Positions 19,801 to 27,503 of a DNA stretch of 64,000 bases are shown here, one piece after another. The position numbers and the translations under genes were made by a program. The stretch's first letter is position 1; every line of letters starts with the position of its first letter. This stretch comes from an uncultured Saprospiraceae bacterium (GTDB lineage Bacteria > Bacteroidota > Bacteroidia > Chitinophagales > Saprospiraceae). The DNA is taken from the NCBI GenBank assembly GCA_905480595.1, contig CAJQQY010000201.1, forward strand, positions 1,482 through 65,481. The letters are read 5' to 3'. Below the pieces are notes generated by a model. The model ran no database searches. It was not told the origin of the DNA and was given only the letters and a program-made list of their open reading frames with translations.

Positions 19801-20225
19801 GTAGCAAACAATTTGCGGAAATGGCTGCCAAGCAAGCTGCTCTCCGAAAAGCATTGAGAGATTTAGCAAAAGAGAAACAACAAAAAGGTCAAGGCGATAA
19901 ACAGTTACAAGAAATTATCGAGCAAATGGATAAAGTTGAGACTGATTTGGTAAATAAGCGTCTAACCAATGAGATGTTAAAAAGACAGCAAGATATTTTG
20001 ACGCGATTATTAAAAGCAGAGAAAGCAGAACGAGAAAGAGAATATGAAGAAAAGAGAAAAGCAGAAACTGCATCTCAAAAAGAAAGAAAAATGCCTCCTT
20101 CTTTAGAAGAGTATATAAAAAAGAGAGAAGCAGAAATTGAAATGTTCAAAACTGTTTCTCCTTCACTTCGACCATACTATAAAATGTTAGTTGAAGAATA
20201 TTATAAATCGTTAAAAGCAAATTAA
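16887..20225 (+). CDS. Giant membrane-anchored protein (1112 aa) with a ~560-aa Glu/Lys/Met/Gln-rich coiled-coil region; resembles DUF4175-family proteins
   Basis: Two N-terminal TM helices and a ~400-aa ordinary domain, followed by EELEEKEDQNNEDIQKKLEE...MQMDMESGEMEQMEEDM... and GGKPGSKPGSKPGDK. The family name is recalled, not searched. Confidence 0.7.
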   Translation: MANSTNNYQLLISKLDKFIRKFYVNQLIRGFLYFFALVLVLFLGINFLEHFFFFGSGTRKVMFYSFMGVTAVSFVGWVLIPLLKYFHLGSVISHEQAAGIIGDHFPDVKDKLLNVLQLSKQAEGAPNAQLVFAGINQKTEKIKLVPFRSAIDLSKNRQYLRYALPPLMILGFILLAAPSLITDSTNRLYNNDKEFERDAPFHFKVDKEDLTVVQFEDFLLEVEVDGDVLPNEVFVDIDNYQYRLNKDEQDKFSYRFSNVQKDTDFKIFSSGVESEKYNLNVLKKPNILGFDITLDYPNYIGRKNETLSNVGDLVIPIGTKINWNFNASNTDEIAINFSEKHELINTDRAGEESFIYRKKALQDEIYKLYISNKALPNADSVGYSITVIPDLYPTIKSEKFVDSLDSKLLFFVGDAADDYGILNLSFNYRVKKENGQQGELVNIKMAKPSTKTAQFDYTFDLQELDLKPGDEVSYYFEVFDNDAVNGSKSAKTNLELFEMPTLEELEEKEDQNNEDIQKKLEESLKESKKIQEDMKKMREKVLQKKELDWQDKKELEKLLDQQKQLEENINEAKDKFEENMKNQEEFEQQPNEELQEKQEQMQEMFEELMSDEMKELMKQIEDLLQELNKDEALDMMEEMEMNDEEVEMELDRMIEMLKQLEMEKDMMEQIEELEELAKEQEELAKETEEESKSQEELEKKQEEINEKFDEIQKKQEEMEKKNEEMENPKDLGDKQEEMEDIEKDLDDSKKSLEQKENKKASDKQKKAAGKMMEMAEQMQMDMESGEMEQMEEDMAALRQLLENLMTLSFDQEDVINDFYITAVTTPRYVDLVQQQYKLKDDFQLVEDSLQALSKRVFQIESFVTEKVHDIKVNMKEGLTELEDRKKPQASEHQQRTMKNVNDLALMLSEVMNQMQQQMSSMMQGSQMCKKPGGKPGSKPGSKPGDKMSQGQGQLNKQMEAMKKALESGKKGSSKQFAEMAAKQAALRKALRDLAKEKQQKGQGDKQLQEIIEQMDKVETDLVNKRLTNEMLKRQQDILTRLLKAEKAEREREYEEKRKAETASQKERKMPPSLEEYIKKREAEIEMFKTVSPSLRPYYKMLVEEYYKSLKAN

Positions 20226-20308
20226 AATAGTGACAAATTAGAAGAGATTAGTCTTAATAATAAAGTTTAATTACTTCTAGTTTGTTTCTAGCTTTATATT
20301 TTATAGGA

Positions 20309-20713
20309 ATGAATCCACCGCTTATGTTAAGATTATCATCTGATCCTAAAAATGTCGAATGTGTTGAACCATTTGTTGAAAAACTTGTGGAGAAGTATCA
20401 CATTAGTCCTGATATGTACGGGAATATTTTAATTAGCCTAACCGAAGCCGTAAATAATGCAATTCGCCATGGTAACTGTAATGATCTAAATAAAATAGTC
20501 AAAGTCAGTATGCAACAAGTGAGTGAGCACAAAATAGCATTTCAAGTTTCGGATGAAGGGCCTGGTTTTGACTTCGAAAGTGTACCTGATCCTACCTTAC
20601 CTGAAAATCTTTTAAAAATGGGAGGACGTGGAGTATTTTTAATGCGTCAACTTTGTGATGATATTCTTTACCATGATAACGGCAGTACCGTAGAAATTCA
20701 ATTTAATATATGA
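20309..20713 (+). CDS. RsbW/SpoIIAB-like ATP-binding protein (HATPase_c_2, anti-sigma-factor-type Ser kinase fold)
   Basis: ...LTEAVNNAIRHGN...VSDEGPGFD...GGRGVFLMRQL... are the N, G1 and G2 boxes of GHKL ATPases in a ~135-aa protein. ATG at 20309 is preferred over the TTG at 20282. Confidence 0.7.
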   Translation: MNPPLMLRLSSDPKNVECVEPFVEKLVEKYHISPDMYGNILISLTEAVNNAIRHGNCNDLNKIVKVSMQQVSEHKIAFQVSDEGPGFDFESVPDPTLPENLLKMGGRGVFLMRQLCDDILYHDNGSTVEIQFNI

Positions 20714-21165
20714 CACCTGCCGAGGAAGAAAAAATAAATTTCTATTCTGAAGACATTAAATTTGACTTACCTAACCATTCCATCATTTTTGATTGGATAA
20801 ATAATACCATCCAAAGCGAAGCAAAAGTTCTTCGACATCTTAGTTTTATTTTTTGTAGTGATACATACCTTCATAAAATCAATGTCGAATATCTCAATCA
20901 TGATACATTTACAGATGTAATTACATTTCCCTATTCTGAAGGGAAAACCATTGAAGGTGATATTTTTATTAGTATTGATCGGATTAGAGAAAATGCAAAA
21001 TCATTTGGTAATTCCTTTGAAGATGAATTGCATCGAGTTATGATTCATGGTACTTTACATTTACTTGGATATTTAGATAAAACCGCTGAAGATAAAACTC
21101 AAATGACTCAAAAAGAAAATGAATACCTAACTAAATTAAATGGAATGAAATTGGATAATCAATAG
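20710..21165 (+). CDS. ybeY: Endoribonuclease YbeY (rRNA maturation factor)
   Basis: HRVMIHGTLHLLGY is the YbeY zinc-binding H-x-x-x-H-x-x-x-x-x-H motif. The length is typical. It overlaps the upstream gene by ATGA. Confidence 0.9.
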   Translation: MTPAEEEKINFYSEDIKFDLPNHSIIFDWINNTIQSEAKVLRHLSFIFCSDTYLHKINVEYLNHDTFTDVITFPYSEGKTIEGDIFISIDRIRENAKSFGNSFEDELHRVMIHGTLHLLGYLDKTAEDKTQMTQKENEYLTKLNGMKLDNQ

Positions 21166-21231
21166 TCAACCGACTATTTTATATTATATTTTTAAATAAT
21201 ACTATTTTTATATTATTAACGATAGTTAATT

Positions 21232-21283
21232 AAAAACTAAATACGCACAAGGTCGGAAGTGATCTTGTGCGTATTTAGTTTTT
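21232..21283. terminator. Strong bidirectional intrinsic terminator (15-bp perfect stem)
   Basis: CTAAATACGCACAAG (21237-21251) / CTTGTGCGTATTTAG (21264-21278), flanked by AAAAA and TTTTT. Confidence 0.8.
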
Positions 21284-21385
21284 AATCTTATTTTTGCGAC
21301 TTTGACTTAGTTCTTTGGAGTTTCTATTGATGTTAATTCTATAGAACTAAGTTTAATATTAAGAAGTTTTTATAAAAGGACGATA

Positions 21386-23842
21386 ATGAAAGTTTTAAAA
21401 TTTGGTGGCTCCTCTGTAGCCAAACCTGAAAGAATTAAAAGCATTGCTGAAATTCTAAAAGATTATTATAAACGTGGTGAAAAATTCGCTGTTGTTTTTT
21501 CTGCCTTTGGAGGTGTTACTGATTACCTAATTAAAATGAGTAGTGCTGCCGCAAAAGGAGATGAAAATTATATCGAGCATTTCAACTCTTTTAGTAAACG
21601 ACATATTGATTCTGTCAATGAATTATTCAATGATAATGAAAAAGAACCTATTCTTTCAGAGCTCAGACAAAATCATGAAGTCCTTAAAGGGCTTTTAAAA
21701 GGAGTTTTTTTAGTACGTGAAGCTTCTCCTCGAACAATGGATTATGTGTTAAGCTTTGGAGAACGTAATTCTAATTTCATTATTTCTCAATACTTACGGA
21801 AGGTAGGAATTAATACTAACTACCTAGATGCACGTAAGATTATTAAAACTGATAAGAAATTTGGAACTGCTAAGGTTGATATAGATACTACATTTAAAAA
21901 TATCAAAGAATATTTTGCTAATCACCCAGAGGTTCAAATTACAACAGGATTTATTGGTTCATCCAAAGGAGGTTTGACAACTACACTTGGTCGTGGTGGA
22001 TCCGATTTTACAGCGGCTATTTTAGCAGCTGGATTAAATGCAGAAGCAATTGAAATATGGACAGATGTAGACGGAGTCCTTACTTCTGATCCAAGACGTG
22101 TTAAAAGCGCATTTACTATTCCAACCTTGACTTATGCTGAAGCAATGGAAATGTCTCATTTTGGTGCAAAAGTAATTTATCCACCTACTATTCAGCCTGC
22201 TATGGTGAAAGGGATTCCTATTTATATTAAAAATACTTTTAATCCGTCTTTTCTAGGGACATATATTTCAAAAGAAAGTTCTGTTAATGGACATCCGATA
22301 AAAGGGATTTCATCTATTAGTGATATTTCTTTATTGACATTGCAAGGAAGTGGGTTATTTGGAGTTCCTGGAATTGCGGCTCGATTATTTAATTCTTTAG
22401 CCCAGGCCAAAATCAATATAATTTTAATTACTCAAGGGTCATCTGAACATTCTATTTCTTTTGCAGTAAGCCCTAATGACTCGGCTCGTGCCAAACGAAA
22501 AGTGGATGAAGAGTTTGAATATGAATTCAAGTCTGGTGGAGTTGAACTTGTAAAAGTTGAAAACGATTTATCCATTATTGCCATTATTGGAGAAAATATG
22601 AGATATGAACCAGGTATTTCTGGCAAATTGTTTCAAGCTTTGGGTAAAAATGGAATTAACTGTGTTGCTATTGCTCAAGGTTCTTCTGAATTAAATGTAT
22701 CTGTAGTTATCAATAAGGTCGATGAGTCTAAAGCTTTGAATGCACTTCATGAATCATTTTTTCTTTCTGATACAAAAGAATTACACTTATTTATGGTTGG
22801 TGTTGGATTAATAGGAAGTACTCTTCTTGATCAAATTCAAAAGCAAAATGATTATCTCAAGGAAAATAGTCAATTACAAATAAAAGTCATTGGTATTTCT
22901 AATAGTCGAAAAATGTACTTTAATGAAAATGGAGTTAATCTAGACACTTGGAAAGATGATTTATTGAATTCCAATGAAGCTGCCGATATTTCTACTTTCA
23001 TTGAAAAAATGAAAACATTTAATCTTTCAAATACCATTTTTGTAGATAATACGGCGAATTCTGTGATAACTTCTCATTACGAAAAAATTCTAGATTCAAG
23101 TATTTCTATTTCTACTCCAAATAAAATAGCTACTTCTTCTGCTTATTTACAATATGAACGCCTAAAATATATTGCTAAAAAACGCGGTGTACAGTTTCTA
23201 TATGAAACAAACGTTGGAGCAGGCTTGCCTGTTATTTCTACCTTAAATGATTTAATTCAAAGTGGTGATCGAATTTTAAAAATTGAAGGTGTACTCTCTG
23301 GTTCGCTTTCATTTATTTTTAATTCATTCAAAGAAGGTATAAAATTTAGTTCCGTTGTAAAACAGGCCAAAGATTTAGGTTTTACGGAACCTGATCCAAG
23401 AACAGATTTAAATGGCATAGATGTGCGAAGAAAGCTTATTATTCTTGCTAGAGAGTCTGGTTTACCTCTTGAACAAGCTAGTGTTAAAATAGATGCTATT
23501 CTTCCAGAAGCATGTCAAAAAGCAGAAAATGTTGCTCAACTCTTTGGAGAAATCGAAAAAGCTGACGATTATTTTGAAAAAATGAGAGCTGATGCTGCGA
23601 AAGAAGAAAAAGTTTTAAGGTTTATTGCAAAGCTAGAAAATGGAGAAGCTTCTATTGTATTACAAGCTGTTGATGCTTCTAATCCATTTCATTCATTAAG
23701 TGGAAGCGATAATATGATAGTTTTTACAACTGATCGATATAAAGAAAGGCCATTAGTTATTCTTGGTCCAGGCGCAGGTGCTGAAGTAACTGCTGCAGGT
23801 GTTTTTGCCGAAATCATTACAATAGGAAATTTTTTATCATAA
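21386..23842 (+). CDS. thrA: Bifunctional aspartate kinase / homoserine dehydrogenase I
   Basis: MKVLKFGGSSV... is the aspartokinase N-terminus. It is followed by ACT regions and a C-terminal homoserine dehydrogenase domain (818 aa), then thrB and thrC. Confidence 0.95.
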   Translation: MKVLKFGGSSVAKPERIKSIAEILKDYYKRGEKFAVVFSAFGGVTDYLIKMSSAAAKGDENYIEHFNSFSKRHIDSVNELFNDNEKEPILSELRQNHEVLKGLLKGVFLVREASPRTMDYVLSFGERNSNFIISQYLRKVGINTNYLDARKIIKTDKKFGTAKVDIDTTFKNIKEYFANHPEVQITTGFIGSSKGGLTTTLGRGGSDFTAAILAAGLNAEAIEIWTDVDGVLTSDPRRVKSAFTIPTLTYAEAMEMSHFGAKVIYPPTIQPAMVKGIPIYIKNTFNPSFLGTYISKESSVNGHPIKGISSISDISLLTLQGSGLFGVPGIAARLFNSLAQAKINIILITQGSSEHSISFAVSPNDSARAKRKVDEEFEYEFKSGGVELVKVENDLSIIAIIGENMRYEPGISGKLFQALGKNGINCVAIAQGSSELNVSVVINKVDESKALNALHESFFLSDTKELHLFMVGVGLIGSTLLDQIQKQNDYLKENSQLQIKVIGISNSRKMYFNENGVNLDTWKDDLLNSNEAADISTFIEKMKTFNLSNTIFVDNTANSVITSHYEKILDSSISISTPNKIATSSAYLQYERLKYIAKKRGVQFLYETNVGAGLPVISTLNDLIQSGDRILKIEGVLSGSLSFIFNSFKEGIKFSSVVKQAKDLGFTEPDPRTDLNGIDVRRKLIILARESGLPLEQASVKIDAILPEACQKAENVAQLFGEIEKADDYFEKMRADAAKEEKVLRFIAKLENGEASIVLQAVDASNPFHSLSGSDNMIVFTTDRYKERPLVILGPGAGAEVTAAGVFAEIITIGNFLS

Positions 23843-24777
23843 TGTCATACGTTGGAATAAAAGTATTCGCCCCTGCAAGTGTAGCTAATGTAGCTTGTGG
23901 ATATGATATCTTAGGTTTTGCTTTAGAAAAACCTGGAGATGAAATAAAGGTTCGTTTTTCTGATAAAGTTAAAGGACTTAATATTACTAAAATTACCGGA
24001 GCAAAAGGAAAGATTCCTTACGAATTAGAAAAAAATACTGCTGGTTTTGCTGCCCAAAAAGTCTTAGAGCATTTGGGTGAAACAAGAGGTATTGAAATGG
24101 AAATACATAAGAAAATGCCTTTTGGTAGTGGATTAGGTTCTAGTGCCGCCTCTGCAGTTGGTGGAGTTATGGCTATTAATGAAATTTTCATGAAGCCTTT
24201 TACTAAAAGAGAACTACTTCCTTTTGCCGTTTTAGGCGAACAAATTGCTGATGGTGCGTATCATGCTGATAATGTTGGGCCATCACTTTTAGGAGGAATG
24301 ACTTTCATTAGGGACAATACCACCTTAGATATTCATAAAGTTTATGTTCCACGTGGATTAATGGCAGTTGTTATTTATCCACATATCAAGATTTTAACCA
24401 AAGATTCACGAGATATTCTAAGTGACACGGTTACTTTAAATCAAACTATAACTCAAACAGGTAACCTTGGTGGATTAATTCTAGGGATGACTAATTCTGA
24501 TCTAGATTTAATTCGCAGGTCTTTAAATGACAGTATTATTGAACCTCAAAGAGCTCAATTGATTCCTCATTTTTATAAGGTAAAAGAGGCTGCACTAAAT
24601 GCTGATGCTTTAGGTTGTAGTATTTCAGGTGCTGGACCTTCTATATTCGCTTTGTGTGCAAATACTTTAGTTGCTGAAAACGTAGGAAATGCAATGCAAA
24701 AAGTTTTTAATGACAACAAAATAGAAAACGATTTATTTATTTCTCCTATCAATCATGAAGGAGCAATTCTTTGTTAA
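23842..24777 (+). CDS. thrB: Homoserine kinase
   Basis: GHMP kinase motif PFGSGLGSSAASAV. The TAATG junction overlaps the thrA stop. Confidence 0.9.
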   Translation: MSYVGIKVFAPASVANVACGYDILGFALEKPGDEIKVRFSDKVKGLNITKITGAKGKIPYELEKNTAGFAAQKVLEHLGETRGIEMEIHKKMPFGSGLGSSAASAVGGVMAINEIFMKPFTKRELLPFAVLGEQIADGAYHADNVGPSLLGGMTFIRDNTTLDIHKVYVPRGLMAVVIYPHIKILTKDSRDILSDTVTLNQTITQTGNLGGLILGMTNSDLDLIRRSLNDSIIEPQRAQLIPHFYKVKEAALNADALGCSISGAGPSIFALCANTLVAENVGNAMQKVFNDNKIENDLFISPINHEGAILC

Positions 24778-24788
24778 AATTAAATATA

Positions 24789-26090
24789 ATGAGATTATAT
24801 AGTACCAAAAATACCTCTAGCTTCGTCGGTCTTGGTGAAGCGATTATGAAAGGTTTACCTAATGATAATGGGCTTTTTATGCCTGAGCATTTCCCTAAGC
24901 TTTCAGAATCTTTTATTAATAATTTAAAGGATTATTCTTTTCAAGAGATTGCCTTTGAAGTTTCTAAAACACTTTTTCAAGGAACTATCCCAGAAAATGA
25001 TCTAAAAGAAATCATTGAAAAGTCTATCACTTTCCCTGCTCCCATTCAGACTTTGGATAATCAAACTTATGTCTTAGAACTTTTCCATGGTCCTAGTTTA
25101 GCTTTCAAAGACTTTGGAGCTCGATTTATGGCTCAAATTATGAGTTATTTCAATAGAGGAAATGAAAAAGAATTAGTCATTTTAGTTGCTACTTCTGGAG
25201 ATACTGGCGGTGCTGTAGCTTCTGGATTTTTAAAAACTCCAGGAACTAAAGTTGTTATTCTTTATCCAAAAGGAAAAGTAAGTATGCTTCAAGAGAAGCA
25301 ATTAACTACTTTAGGTCATAATATTTCTGCACTTGAAGTAGAAGGAACATTTGATGATTGTCAAGCTCTGGTTAAACAAGCTTTTTTAGATGATAAATTA
25401 AACAGTCAAATCCGTTTAACTTCTGCCAACTCTATCAATATTGCAAGATTAGTTCCTCAATCATTTTATTACTTTGAAGCATTCAAACAATTAAATGATT
25501 ATAAAAGTCCTATAACATTTGTTGTTCCAAGCGGAAACTATGGCAATATTACTGCTGGTTTGATTGCCCAGAAAATGGGATTACCTATTGCACATTTTGT
25601 GGCTGCAAGTAATGCTAATGATATTGTTCCCCACTATTTATGTACTGGTAATTATAATCCTCGTCCTTCAGTAAGAACATTATCAAATGCAATGGATGTT
25701 GGAAATCCATCAAACTTTGCTCGAATGCAAGATCTTTTTGGTTTCACGTGGAACAATATGTCAAAAAATATTTCTGGTTATAGTATCAACGATGAAGCAA
25801 CTAAACTTGGAATCAAAGAAGTTTTTGAAAAATATAATTATATAATTGATCCACATGGTGCAGTTGGTTATCTAGCTTTTAAAGCTTATCAAAAAATCAA
25901 TCCAGATACAAAGGGGATTATTTTAGAAACAGCTCATCCATCAAAATTTATTGATTCTGTTGAAGAAGTAATTAATCAAAAAATAGATATTCCTGAAAGG
26001 TTAGCCATTCTAGCTGATAAAAAAAAGGAATCTGTTTTGATAAGTACTAAGTTTGATCCTTTTAAAAAATGGTTACTAGAAAACTATTGA
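24789..26090 (+). CDS. thrC: Threonine synthase
   Basis: MRLYSTKN... N-terminus, PLP-lysine context SLAFKDFG, and operon position. ATG at 24789 is preferred over the track start at 24771. Confidence 0.9.
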   Translation: MRLYSTKNTSSFVGLGEAIMKGLPNDNGLFMPEHFPKLSESFINNLKDYSFQEIAFEVSKTLFQGTIPENDLKEIIEKSITFPAPIQTLDNQTYVLELFHGPSLAFKDFGARFMAQIMSYFNRGNEKELVILVATSGDTGGAVASGFLKTPGTKVVILYPKGKVSMLQEKQLTTLGHNISALEVEGTFDDCQALVKQAFLDDKLNSQIRLTSANSINIARLVPQSFYYFEAFKQLNDYKSPITFVVPSGNYGNITAGLIAQKMGLPIAHFVAASNANDIVPHYLCTGNYNPRPSVRTLSNAMDVGNPSNFARMQDLFGFTWNNMSKNISGYSINDEATKLGIKEVFEKYNYIIDPHGAVGYLAFKAYQKINPDTKGIILETAHPSKFIDSVEEVINQKIDIPERLAILADKKKESVLISTKFDPFKKWLLENY

Positions 26091-26107
26091 TCTATTTCAC
26101 AATAAAT

Positions 26108-26143
26108 AAAAGCCTTGATGAGATGATTCATCAAGGCTTTTTT
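26108..26143 (+). terminator. Intrinsic terminator of the thr operon
   Basis: Stem AAAAGCCTTGATGA (26108-26121) / TCATCAAGGCTTTT (26128-26141), followed by a T-run. Confidence 0.8.
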
Positions 26144-26215
26144 GTTTCACGTGAAACATGATTAAATACTACTCTCCTCTTTTGAGCTATATATCTTATA
26201 TGTTTCACGTGAAAC
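26144..26215. promoter_or_regulatory. Two copies of the perfect 14-bp palindrome GTTTCACGTGAAAC (26144-26157 and 26202-26215); candidate operator pair
   Basis: Read directly from the sequence. The copies lie 58 bp centre to centre, between the thrC terminator and the 3' end of the NUDIX gene. Confidence 0.4.
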
Positions 26216-26267
26216 TATTATTTGAATTAAACAAAAAACCATAGTCTTACAAAAAAAAAATCCAATT

Positions 26268-26744
26268 TTAATTAACTCGAACCTTTAGATTTTCTCTGTA
26301 AAAATCTAAACTCTTAAATGCTTGTTGTTCAATCATAGGTAACTCTTTATATTTTTCAAAATTTGAAAACCTAGCAGATTTCACTTCCTCATTATCAACA
26401 TTAATTTTACCTTCAAATTTATTTGAATAAAACTCACATGTAAAATATTGAATCACATCTCCATTTGGATAAGTAACTATTTCATTATTCGGATTAGAGC
26501 TCACTCCTATTAATTCTAATCCAACAATTTCTAAACCAACTTCTTCCTTCACTTCACGAATAATACATTCTTCGATTGTTTCATTTTCTTCAAAGGCTCC
26601 AGCTGGAATTCCAATTTTTCCATTATCTAATCTTTTGATAAATAAAATTTGACCTAAATCATTTTCAATAATAATCCTTGCAGCTGGATGGATTATTTTT
26701 TGGTGACCTATTATTTTTCTTAGATTATTTATGTATTTTTTCAT
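26268..26744 (-). CDS. NUDIX hydrolase
   Basis: The Nudix box GAFEENETIEECIIREVKEEVGLE fits G-x5-E-x7-R-E-U-x-E-E-x-G-U. Confidence 0.9.
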   Translation of the reverse strand: MKKYINNLRKIIGHQKIIHPAARIIIENDLGQILFIKRLDNGKIGIPAGAFEENETIEECIIREVKEEVGLEIVGLELIGVSSNPNNEIVTYPNGDVIQYFTCEFYSNKFEGKINVDNEEVKSARFSNFEKYKELPMIEQQAFKSLDFYRENLKVRVN

Positions 26745-26747
26745 TAT

Positions 26748-27252
26748 TCAATTATTAGTTTTATGAGGAACACTTTTTAAATTCATAATTATAATGGTAT
26801 CATTTCCAGTATTATTAAAATGTGTTACTACTTTCTCCATATTCTCGTTTTCATAAATGTAACTTTTTAAACTCTTTATAATTTTCTCTTAAGCCAAAAT
26901 CATAAAGAGTTTGAACTTAATTTCCTTTCCAATATCTCGATAAACAATCTATTTTTTCTTCACTATAAAATTTAACATCTTCCTCTTTTGAGGAATATTC
27001 AATTTATTCTCCATCTTGTTTCCTATTCTTGAATTTTAAAATATACCAAGGATCTTATTCATTTGGGTAAAACCATGTTACATTTTCAAGTGGAACAATA
27101 TAGTCTCTATGGAACTTATACCATTTTTTGTTAGGTAGATTTAGTATTAAAGTTAATTTCCTAGATATATCTCTGTAAATAAATTTAGAACTTAGGAATA
27201 CAAAAACACAAAAACACAAAAAAAGAAAATCCAAAACATACTTTTTATTCTT
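26748..27252 (-). pseudogene. Decayed gene remnant (TM anchor plus soluble domain) with three in-frame TAA codons and a frameshift
   Basis: One minus-strand frame reads ...YVLDFLFLCFCVFVFLSSKFIYRDISRKLTLILNLPNKKWYKFHRDYIVPLENVTWFYPNE*DPWYILKFKNRKQDGE*IEYSSKEEDVKFYSEEKIDCLSRYWKGN*VQTLYDFGLRE... It then shifts frame to ...SYIYENENMEKVVTHFNNTGNDTIIIMNLKSVPHKTNN*, ending 4 nt before the NUDIX ATG. Confidence 0.4.
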
Positions 27253-27420
27253 TTAAGATTAGTAATAACATTTATCAATAGAGATGACCCTATAATTGAA
27301 GGAAGAGATAGAAGCAATATTATGATTCCAAACTAAAGGAGCAGAACGATACTTGAAATATAAAAATTTGGAATAATACCAATTATAGAAAGTAAGTAGG
27401 TTAATATTTTAAATTAGTTA

Positions 27421-27499
27421 TTTTTTTTGGTAAAAAAGTACGAATAAATTCGTACTTTTTTACCAAAAAAAAGCGAATACAAAATATTCGCCTTTTTTT
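27421..27499. terminator. Tandem hairpins: a 23-bp perfect AT-rich inverted repeat plus a 7-bp GCGAATA hairpin, after the hydrolase gene
   Basis: TTTTTTTTGGTAAAAAAGTACGA (27421-27443) pairs with TCGTACTTTTTTACCAAAAAAAA (27450-27472). GCGAATA (27473-27479) pairs with TATTCGC (27485-27491), with T-runs on both strands. Confidence 0.65.
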
Positions 27500-27503
27500 A
27501 AAA

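Noticed and set aside
21166-21385. Possible Thr/Ile-rich leader-peptide attenuator upstream of thrA
   Set aside because: The only mini-ORF is ATG TTA ATT CTA TAG, near 21340, and it is not Thr/Ile-rich. The strong hairpin at 21232-21283 is best explained as the ybeY terminator. A 9-bp inverted repeat (CTTAGTTCT/AGAACTAAG) is too weak to interpret.
27195-27225. Short tandem repeat ACAAAAACACAAAAACACAAAAAAA, considered as a CRISPR or VNTR
   Set aside because: There are only about two and a half short A-rich units and no spacer structure. It encodes the TM segment of the decayed gene on the opposite strand.
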